The notes under the pieces are model-generated. The model saw only the letters and a program-made list of their open reading frames with translations. It made no database searches and had not been told where the DNA came from. The position numbers were made by a program, and so were the translations under genes. Positions 46,010 to 56,516 of a stretch of 64,000 nucleotides of DNA are shown here, piece by piece; the first letter of the stretch is position 1; each line of letters starts with the position of its first letter. The stretch lies in NCBI RefSeq assembly GCF_009914755.1, contig NC_060944.1; one strand, 5' to 3'. Source of the DNA: the human T2T-CHM13v2.0 reference genome, Homo sapiens.

Positions 46010-49000
46010 ATGACTCCTGTGAGGATGCAGCACTCCCTGGCAGGTCAGACCTATGCCGTGCCCTTCATCCAGCCAGACCTGCGGCGAGAGGAGGCCGTCC
46101 AGCAGATGGTGGATGCCCTGCAGTACCTGCAGAAGGTCTCTGGAGACATCTTCAGCAGGTGGGTGCTGCCACTCACCCCCACCTGATGAGAGGGCCATCC
46201 CTGTCCTGGGCAATCCCAGCAACACACCCTCTGGGAGCAGCCCCCTTGGGGAATCCCGGTCCTGGGGAACCCATCTGGCTTCCCTGTGTGGGAGGGGCTG
46301 AAGTGAGAGCCCAACTTGGAAGCTTTTACTCCTGGGAGTCCGAGAGCTCACTCCCTTCCACTCCACTTAGCCTCCTGGTTTCCTGTGGTGGCTCTGCTCT
46401 CACAACTCGTGCTTTTCCTCCCATTGGAGGGCCTATTCCTTCACGTTTTCCTGCAGCCAGCAAATATTTACCCAGTAGTGCTCGTGTGCAAGGCAGTGTG
46501 GGAATCTCTATATATCCAGCCACGGATAAGGCAACATACCTCTCCATGGAGCGCACATTCTGGCAGGAGAGAAAGACCTAAATAACCAATACATGATTAG
46601 TTCTTCAATAACAGTTGTGACAAGGTCTATTGATAATATTTTGTAATCACTAATATTCATATAAACTGTGCACCACCATTGATTTGAGTGCATTAACTCA
46701 CACTTCATGAGCAGGCACTGCCGTCATCTCATTTTATAGATGAGGAAATTGAGGCACAGAAAGGCTGAGAGACCTGGCCAAGTGACAGAGCCAGTATTCA
46801 AAGCCATAGATCATGGCCCCGGGTTATGTAGGTTATTACTGCATCTGTTCAGGGGAGATGGGGTACTGTGAGGCTCGTCATGGGAAGCCTGGCTTGGTCT
46901 CAGGTCAGGGAAGGCAGATGTGAGGAAATGACATTTATGGTAAAGTCTGAGGGTTGAGTGGGTAGGTTGGGAAGAACATTCCAGAAAGAAGCACATGAAC
47001 TACAGCCTGGAGGTGGAGGACCTAAAAGGAAGCCAGCATGGCTGGAGCACGGAGTGGCCATTGAGGGAGGCGAGCTGGAGGGGTGCAGCTTCTTGTATTG
47101 GCAGCGCTGACCTCGCACAGTCCTTGGGCTCCAGTGACTTCACTCAGTGTTTATCTAACATGAGTGAGTGAATGGTGTTTGCTGTTTTTTTGGCAAAGGT
47201 CCCAGGGGTTGTCGGGTACACAGGCCCTGTCTTTGGCCATGAGCAACCTGAAATGAGGCTTGGTCTCCTTCCCAGGATCCCACACCATGCCTCACATGGT
47301 AGACCCCAGCGGGAAGTATGTGACTGCCTGACTCGGGTGCCTCTCGTGGTCCAAGCCATCCCTGCCCTGTCCCTTCCCTGGTTGTCGTCAGACCTGGAGC
47401 CCCTGCTCCTTCACTTTGCAGCCTCCTCTTCTGTCACCAACTGGGAACCCACCTCTTCCTGAAAGTCCTCCCCCACTGACTCACCGGCTTGCCCCAAGCT
47501 TGTCAAGAATGTCCCAGTAACCAGGGGGCACGCACTGAAGTGACTGAGGGGTTACCTTGGAGTTGATGCCTTGGCTCAGATCCAGCTCCCCTGTTTTCTT
47601 CCTCTGTAACCTTGGACAACCCAACCCCTCTAAGCCTCAGTGTTCTCATTTGTGAAGTTGTGGTAATAATGGTAGCTTCCTGGTAGAATTATTGTAAATA
47701 TTAAATTAATCAAAACATGCAAAGGAATGGAACAGTGCCTGGCACCTAGGAAGCCTTCAGGAAATGCTGTCTCTTCCCCGTTGATAATGTTGACCCGTAC
47801 ACTGCCTTTGGTTGCCATTCATGAACCTGCCACCAATAGTAACAGAAAGTGCTGGATGCACCTTTTGTGCTTATCGTTGTGCTAGATGTGCCCAAGGGAC
47901 GCCTAGGGAAGAGGACGCAGGTCTTTAAGAGCCATCAGCTCCAGATTGTGGCCACCCCATGTCCAGCACTTAGAATGGAGGCCAAAACCATTCCCTCAGA
48001 AATTGTGTTTCCTTGCCAAGACGGGGACTGCATGGTTGCCCTTCTCTGAGGGTAGCCCTGGATTTTTGGCATCTTTCCTTTCCTGTCCTGGTACTTGGCA
48101 CCTTGTAGACAGTTGCATGTCCCCTGCCCAGGGATGGGATGAGGAGAGGGCAGGAAGGCATTTCCTGGGTAGTGGAGTGCTGCGTTCATTGAGTGTGGGT
48201 TCTCCAAGTTGCTGGCACAGCCCCGGGAGGGCCGGATGCCTTTCAGGAGCCTTGGGCCTGAGTCCTGGCTCCCTCACTCCTGGGTTCCAGGTCACTGCAT
48301 CTGTCTCTCCACCATGTGCTCCACCTCGTGCTGGACCTTAAGAGATACCAATTATGTGGCTGACACGGTGTCCTAGAGGCTGGAATGGGAACACATAGGG
48401 CAAGATTGATTGTTAATTGCTAGCATGAACCGCGTGGGCTTCTCAGGGTCTAGAGTGGAGAGAAATCGGTAAGAATTGGTGGCACGCCTGTCAGAACTCC
48501 CCAAACCAAGCTAAGCAGAAATTAACCAATCAGTAGAGCAGCCTTCGGAGTAAGGGCTAAAATGATGTCCTCAGGGCCTGGTTTTGCTTTCCTTCCATGT
48601 CAGTTTGCTTCTTTGGGTCTGGCTGCATTCCCAGACAGGCCATGCTGTCGTGGTAGCAAGGTGACATGACACAGGGTCAGGTCCAGCAGGAAAGAATGCT
48701 CTCCTGTGTCCCCACTTCCTCCAGAAGCCACACTCACCCATCCCACCTGGCTTGGTCCTCATGTCTATCCCAGAATCCATTACTGGGGCCAGGGGACTAT
48801 GACACACCACTTGGCTTAGACTGAGGAGCTCTGTGGGCAGCCCCACCTGAAGCTCTGGGACTAAGCCTGCGAGAGAGGTGGATTCCCCAAGGGAAATGGG
48901 GCCACTGCTTGAGTAAAAAGGAAATAGTTGCTGAAGAGGAAAACCACGTGCTTACTCCACATAGGGCAGACTCCTGGAAGAGGGGGGCAGGGTAGGGAGG

Positions 49001-52000
49001 TGGATATGCAGGTTGCCCTGGTGGGGTCTGGAAATGGGGGCTGCAGGCTTGGAGGGAGGCCTCAGTGTGGCTTGGAACGTGGTGTATGGTGGTCTGCCGG
49101 GAAGGCCGGCCTGCACAGGGGTGGGAGGGGGGTGCTTCTGCATGGGAAGCACAGACAGCGCTGCCTCTCCCTTGCACTCAGCTCTCGGGGCATGAGAGGC
49201 TGACTTTCCGTGAGCCTGTGGGCCAGGCCTCTTTGAATGGGGCTGAGGGAGCTTTGCCCTGGTTCCTTTATGTCCCCACGGTGCCACGGGAGGCTCCCTG
49301 GCAGGGTGTGGGGCAAGGCAGTGAGTGAAGAGTTGGGATGAGTGAGTTAGGGCCCACGGATTACTCAAGACAGGACTTCACGTTGATTCAGGAGTGTTAG
49401 GGAGCTGTGATTGGATTTTGAGCAGGGCAGGGATGGGACAGAAGAGTTTGGGGAAGGTTCCTCAGGCATCCGTCATGGAAGGGATAAGAAGGGAGAGAGA
49501 GTGGATGCCGGGGACACCCAGAAGCTGTTATTGTAGTCAGGATGCGACAGGGGTGAGGCTGCAGACAGGGGACTTGCAAGCAGGGAGGGCAGGGTGAGAC
49601 ATTCAGAGGAAACGACGACAGGAAATGGTGACAGATAGGGAACGAGGATGAAGGGAAGGGAGAGCCAGTGACGACTGGCAGTGGAGTGGGGAGCACCGCC
49701 ACCTCTCCTCCTCCACTTGCCCCTCCTGTGGCACTGGACAAGCTAGTGGGCTTTTCGTTGTCCATGGGCTTTTTTGGTGGGGATGTGACCAGCTTTGAAC
49801 CCTTCCCCTTAAACATGCTCCTCCTGCACGGAAGAGACAGGGGCAGGGGAGAGACTCTCTCCCCACCACGCAGCTCAGGCCCCAGTACAGCCCGGCCTCT
49901 GGCCTCACTGGCGTCTGTGCCCAGTGACGCAGGCATGTGAGCTCCTGGCAAATTAGCATTGCAGGCTGTGCTCTCTCCTCCGGCTCTGCTGCAGCTGGGA
50001 GTGTGCAGAGACTGGAGGGGATGACAGTCACCCCTCTGTTTTCTGTGGTGGCTCTGTTTTCTGTGGTGCTGGATGCACCTCTGCTTTCTGTGGTGGCTCC
50101 AAGAGAGTGCACGGTCCCTGCTGATTGAAAGAAGGATGAAGGGCAGAAGAGGGGCGGGGAGCTGTGTACCCTAAGATCTCATTGCCTTTTTATGCCGATT
50201 AACATGCTTTTAGCCCCTACTGAGCTTATAGTTAACAGAAGTTTCCAGGTCTTTCTTCACCTGAACTGTGTCTAAAGCAAGTTCCCTCCACCTTCTGTAT
50301 TTATACGCTTGATTTTTAAAACCTAAATGTTGGGCTTCACATTTGTTCCTTGTAAATTTCATCTTGGTGATTGCAGTCTACCCTATGGCCTTTAAAAATT
50401 GTCTGAGCCTTGATTCGATCATGAAACCAACTTACCCTTCCCCTGTGTGCTGGCCCCAGTTTTCTAACCAGGTGTTGAATGAACTGGATGGACTCTGCCA
50501 GATCCCTCCGTGCAAGGCTGGAATCAGTCCATTGTTCAACTGTGCCCTTTGGGGCTGTGGTTCATTTGGCTCTGAGTTTTCCTATATGTTCTGTCCTCCA
50601 ACCCCCATAGCTCCATCTTGTCTACAAGATTTTGTTAGAAGCCGTCAAAATCCTGCTGACTCGAGATGCACTGTGCTGCATGTTTTCCCCGGGCACAGCA
50701 GGCTAATAATCCTGTTACAAAGAGAAATGCTGTACATTTCGAGCAGTGCTGGCCCCTGGGACTCACCGCGGCCTTTTCTAAGTGCTTACAGACTCTGTTT
50801 AATAATCCATTCCAGAAATTTTCCAGGGCTCATTGTTGAGCTTGGTGTTCGCAACTTTGAGTGATCAGCCCTTCTCCTTTGTGGGAGCACCAGGACAGAG
50901 CAGCCTTTGTCCCTCCCCAGTCTCAGTTCCCTCCCACTGCCCCTGTGGACCTGGAATGCAGAGCTTATGCACCTACCGAAGGTCGTGTCAGCACCCAAGG
51001 CAGAACGAGGCTGCCCTGGGAACTAGGGTCAATTAAAACAGCTTGTGCTGGAGGACCCTTTACAGCAGATGAAGGCCTCTCCCCAGCCAGAAAAGATGGA
51101 GCACACGCTGGGTGGTGGCCCCGCTTCCTCACTGGAAGGAGATGGTGCTCTTCTTTTTTCTTTCTGAATTGTGGCCACCTTCATACCAGTCTGTCATGGA
51201 ACACTTAAGCCGCTTGAGTGCCTGCTGGTACTCCCAGCCCTGCCATGCCTGAGCCCCCTGCACACAAGGAGCCAGGAGTAATCAGGGCAGACCCATTAGG
51301 GCACGGGGACTTCTGGATTGTGAAATTGGCTCTCTGGGGGCCAAGGCCTTCTAACGTTGGTGGAAGTGGCTTTGGCTTATTGGGTCGGATTCTAGGCCAT
51401 TCATTCCAACCTTTAGAGACATCCCAGCTTTCCCTAGCCCAGAGTCTGCAGCCCCTCCACCATCCCACATCCTCCCCCTCCCTTTCCTCATGAACCCCAG
51501 TCGCGCCTCTGCCTTCTCAAACCCCTCCACCATCCCACACCCTCCTCCTGCCCTTCCTCATGAACCCCAGTCGCGCCTCTGCCTTCTCATCCCTGCGCAC
51601 CACACAGGCTCGCTCGTGCCCGGTGAATGCTGAGGCTGCTCTGCACGTGGAGTGTGGCCCTGTGGGCAAGGGCTGGGCTCTTGGAGGTAGGGGAGCTACA
51701 GGGGCGACTGGGAGGAGGATGTCGTGTTACACACGCATCAGAGTTAACTTTGCAGTGAGAGCGGCCTTGCTGCGGCCAAAGAACATGGAAAAGCATGAGT
51801 GGGGTGATGTGCCTTAAAGCATCAGACACTTGGGCCTCGGGCATCAGGAGCCAGCCACAGGGATGTCTGGGGAAATGGCGTTCCATGAGACGCAAGCACA
51901 CAAGAATGCACTTGGCACATCTGGGGAACAGCAGGCAGCTGATATCACTGGGCCCACCCCACACCAGGGAGGATGGAAGCAGGTGAGGAGCTAGACCACA

Positions 52001-55000
52001 CTGAGGCGGTGGTCGGGACTCGGTTTGCTCAGTGAGCCGTTCACTATGTGCAGGGGCAGTTCCCCGTCTGAATTTAGGTGACGACACTCAGGTCCAGCCT
52101 TGCCAGTCTCAGCCTCCGGTCTCCGTTCCCCCTCTGCAGAGGCCACTTTGTCTGCTGCACGTGATCATGAGGGGTTGTGAAATGCTTGCCCCATCAGTAG
52201 CCATGTGTGCATGTGTAAATACCATCCTCTGTGTGCCCTGGAGGCTGTCCTTCAGATAGCATGTACAGGTGGCAGCATAGGGCCTGTCCCTACTGAGAGT
52301 GCAGGGAACTCAGCACCGTCAACTCCTCGACCCTGCAGGTCAGATTATCCTTGTAGAGGCCCCCTGGATGGCACCAAGATCGGCCCTGGCAAGCAGGTGA
52401 CCCTGACTTCAGAGCCCTTGCCTGAGGGCCTGGCCTGGCAGCTCTGCTGTTAGAAGCAGGAGGTGTGCAGGGGGTGGGGAGCAGCCCAGCCTCTGTGATC
52501 TTCTCCATGGCAGGATCTCCCAGCAGGTAGAGCAGAGCCAGAGCCAGGTGCAGGCCATTGGAGAGAAGGTCTCCTTGGCCCAGGCCAAGATTGAGAAGAT
52601 CAAGGGCAGCAAGAAGGCCATCAAGGTAGTCCCCATACCCCTGTGTCCTGAGGCTACTGGGCAGTCCCTCCATTTCCCCGTGCCTCTGAGGCCGCCCAGT
52701 CTCTGCCCTGCTGCCCACCTGTACCTTGGGCTTTCTTCTCGCCCAGGCTTCCAACTCCACCCTCTCCTGCCAAGCAATCCTAGCCCTCTGAGCCTCTTGG
52801 GACCCCCTCAGACTTGTCCCTGTGTCCACAGGTGTTCTCCAGTGCCAAGTACCCTGCTCCAGAGCGCCTGCAGGAATATGGCTCCATCTTCACCAGCGCC
52901 CAGGACCCTGGCCTGCAGAGACGCCCCCGCCACAGGATCCAGAGCAAGCACCGCCCCCTGGACGAGCGGGCCCTGCAGGTCTGCTGGCTGCGCACATAAC
53001 TTAGCCTGTCACACACCAGGAGGACTGGATACTGGGGAGGAGCCGGGGCCACCATAGGGTTCTGTCCCCCAGAGGAGGCTGACTGGGATGGGGTGGCAGC
53101 TGATTAGGCCCAGCACCAAATATTCACCATCCCTTGGCCATCCTGGCCCTCCCAGGAGAAGCTGAAGGACTTTCCTGTGTGCGTGAGCACCAAGCCGGAG
53201 CCCGAGGACGATGCAGAAGAGGGACTTGGGGGTCTTCCCAGCAACATCAGCTCTGTCAGCTCCTTGCTGCTCTTCAACACCACCGAGAACCTGTATGGCC
53301 AGAGGGCAGGGCCGAGGGGTGTGGGCGGGAGGCCCGGCCTGGCTTAGTGGGGACCCAGGGCATCAGACACAGGTACAGCACATAGGCCAGGAGCCAGGGG
53401 GTGACTGGGGTGGCTCGGCTCGGGAGGCCTGGGACCCCACAGTGCACGCTGTGCCCCTGATGATGTGGGAGAGGAACATGGGCTCAGGACAGCGGGTGTC
53501 AGCTTGCCTGACCCCCATGTCGCCTCTGTAGGTACAAGAAGTATGTCTTCCTGGACCCCCTGGCTGGTGCTGTAACAAAGACCCATGTGATGCTGGGGGC
53601 AGAGACAGAGGAGAAGCTGTTTGATGCCCCCTTGTCCATCAGCAAGAGAGAGCAGCTGGAACAGCAGGTGGGAGGGGCGGGACAGAGGTGGAGACAGGTG
53701 CAGTGGCCCAGGGCCTTGCCAGAGCTCCTCTCCAGTCAAGGCTGTTGGGCCCCTTATTCCACCCATGGGAGGTGCACACAAGGTCTTGTTGGCTGCCCCT
53801 GCAGGTCCCTGTCACCTCTCACATGTCCCTGCCTAATCTTGCAGGTCCCAGAGAACTACTTCTATGTGCCAGACCTGGGCCAGGTGCCTGAGATTGATGT
53901 TCCATCCTACCTGCCTGACCTGTCTGGCATTGCCAATGACCTCATGTACATTGCCGACCTGGGCCCCGGCATTGCCCCCTCTGCCCCTGGCACCATTCCA
54001 GAACTGCCCACCTTCCACACTGAGGTAGCCGAGCCTCTCAAGGTAGGTGAGCTGGGTTCTGGGATGGGAGCTGGGCCGGGGACCTCCCTGCTCATACACC
54101 TTCTTCCCTAGACACCCCACACTTTGTGTTTCAGACCTACAAGATGGGGTACTAACACCACCCCCACCGCCCCCACCACCACCCCCAGCTCCTGAGGTGC
54201 TGGCCAGTGCACCCCCACTCCCACCCTCAACCGCGGCCCCTGTAGGCCAAGGCGCCAGGCAGGACGACAGCAGCAGCAGCGCGTCTCCTTCAGGTGGGAG
54301 CAGCTCTTTGAGGCCACCTGATTTCTGGCGTGCTCAGTGCACTCGGGTGGATTTTCTGTGGGTTTGTTAAGTGGTCAGAAATTCTCAATTTTTTGAATAG
54401 TTTCGATTTCAAATATCTTGTTCTACTTGGTTCATAAAATAGTGGTTTTCAAACTGTAGAGCTCTGGACTTCTCACTTCTAGGGCAGAGGGAGCCTGAAC
54501 AAGTGAGGCTCTGGGTTCCCCGTTCCTAATTAAACCAATGGAAAGAAGGGGTCTAATAACAAACTACAGCAACACATTTTTCATTTCAGCTTCACTGCTG
54601 TATCTCCCAGTGTAACCCTAGCATCCAGAAGTGGCACAAAACGCCTCTGCTGGCTCGTGTGTGCAACTGAGACTGTCAGAGCATGGCTAGCTCAGGGGTC
54701 CAGCTCTGCAGGGTGGGGGCTAGAGAGGAAGCAGGGAGTATCTGCACACAGGATGCCCGCGCTCAGGTGGTTGCCGAAGTCAGTGCCCGGGCCCCACACA
54801 GTCTCCAAAGGTCCGGCCTCCCCAGCGCGGGGCTCCTCGTTTGAGGGGAGGTGACTTCCCTCCCAGCAGGCTCTTGGACACAGTAAGCTTCCCCAGCCCT
54901 GCCTGAGCAGCCTTTCCTCCTTGCCCTGTTCCCCACCTCCCGGCTCCAGTCCAGGGAGCTCCCAGGGAAGTGGTCGACCCCTCCGGTGGCTGGGCCACTC

Positions 55001-56204
55001 TGCTAGAGTCCATCCGCCAAGCTGGGGGCATCAGCAAGGCCAAGCTGCGCAGCATGAAGGAGCGAAAGCTGGAGAAGAAGCAGCAGAAGGAGCAGGAGCA
55101 AGGTGAGCGGGCCCTGGAGCCTGCGGTCGGAGGGCCTTGGGCAAGATCGCCTCCTCCCCTCCAGCCCTGAGTCCACCGGGTGCTTTCTGCCCACCCCCTG
55201 CTCTTGCCAGCTGGCCCCTGCTTCCCCTAGGGCACATGCTGGAAGCCCTGGGCCGCCACCAGAGGTCCTCAGCCCTCCTGCCTGGGCTATGGCTCCTTCC
55301 TGGTTTGGGAGCCATAGTGGAGCTTTCCTCTCTAAGCTCACCCAGCTCAAACTGTGACAGGAGAATCTTCTTCGACTGCCAAGAGCGGTCCAAGGCAATG
55401 GTCAGCCACTGCAGCCTCCTGAGATATTTTTAGAGACTGGACCTGAGGCCTCTGGAGGCTACTGATGATGCCTGCTGTGAACGCAGACACTGGTGTGATG
55501 CGATGCCTGCGCCTGCAGCGGCAGTGCCCTGGGCACTATGGTTTTGAGCTTGTACCCAGCGCTGCTTTTGCCTTGCTCTGTGACCCCAGGCAAGCTGCCT
55601 CACCTCTCTGGGCCAGTTTCCCCATCGTACAGTGGTGCTGCACACCCTGGCCCTGGCCCCGAGGTGGCTGGGAGGTGGCTCCTCAAACAGCCGCTTTCTC
55701 ATCAGTGCCCAGTGCTGGGTCAGGGATCGACTGAGGCTCTGAGCTAACTGGGAAACACAGTGGCCTTGGAGGGCTGGGGAGTGTCATGGGGGTGGGGACA
55801 GGGAGCCACCGGTCGCATGTGACTGAACTCTTCACCCCAGTCTGTGACTTTCCCGTTGCAGTGAGAGCCACGAGCCAAGGTGGGCACTTGATGTCGGATC
55901 TCTTCAACAAGCTGGTCATGAGGCGCAAGGGTAGGAGGCAGGGCCGCTGCCCACCCTGGGCCGGCACATTGTAATTCTGTCCTGCCTTTTTCTTCCTGTA
56001 TTTAAGTCTCCGGGGGCTGGGGGAACCAGGGTTTCCCACCAACCACCCTCACTCAGCCTTTTCCCTCCAGGCATCTCTGGGAAAGGACCTGGGGCTGGTG
56101 AGGGGCCCGGAGGAGCCTTTGCCCGCGTGTCAGACTCCATCCCTCCTCTGCCGCCACCGCAGCAGCCACAGGCAGAGGAGGACGAGGACGACTGGGAATC
56201 CTAG
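46010..56204 (+). CDS. WASHC1: WASH (WASHC1-family) Arp2/3 nucleation-promoting factor paralog; intact 465-aa spliced ORF
   Basis: Coding exons 46010-46158, 52514-52625, 52832-52978, 53156-53292, 53532-53667, 53845-54046, 54135-54293, 54950-55102, 55862-55930 and 56071-56204, all GT-AG and phase-compatible. Total 1398 nt: [15 protein letters not shown]...WHD1/WHD2, poly-Pro, WH2 (ATLLESIRQ...LRSM), C ([18 protein letters not shown]), A (EEDEDDWES*). Confidence 0.92.
50490..50920 (-). mobile_element. Ancient CR1/L3-like remnant in WASH intron 2
   Basis: Degenerate sequence at the position where I recall an L3 in this block; sequence support is weak. Confidence 0.35.
51452..51589 (+). repeat. 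70-bp tandem duplication (2 copies)
   Basis: cccctccaccatcccaca...ttcctcatgaaccccagtcgcgcctctgccttctca repeated at 51452 and 51522. Confidence 0.85.
53464..53531 (+). ncRNA. MIR6859: MIR6859 (5'-tailed mirtron ending at the WASH exon 6 acceptor)
   Basis: tgtgggagaggaacatgggctcaggaca...tgacccccatgtcgcctctgtag, 68 nt, with its 3' end at the intron AG. Confidence 0.9.
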
Positions 56205-56474
56205 GGGGCTCCATGACACCTTCCCCCCCAGACCCAGACTTGGGCCGTTGCTCTGACATGGACACAGCCAGGACAAGCTGCTCAGACCTGCTTCCCTGGG
56301 AGGGGGTGACGGAACCAGCACTGTGTGGAGACCAGCTTCAAGGAGCGGAAGGCTGGCTTGAGGCCACACAGCTGGGGCGGGGACTTGTCTGCCTGTACTT
56401 CATGGGGGGACGGCTCCACCCAGCCTGCGCCACTGTGTTCTTAAGAGGCTTCCAGAGAAAACGGCACACCAATC

Positions 56475-56516
56475 AATAAAGAACTGAGCAGAAACCAACA
56501 GTGTGCTTTTAATAAA
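56475..56516 (+). terminator. WASH poly(A) signals (AATAAA at 56475 and 56511)
   Basis: Two AATAAA hexamers about 270-310 nt after the stop codon. Confidence 0.8.
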
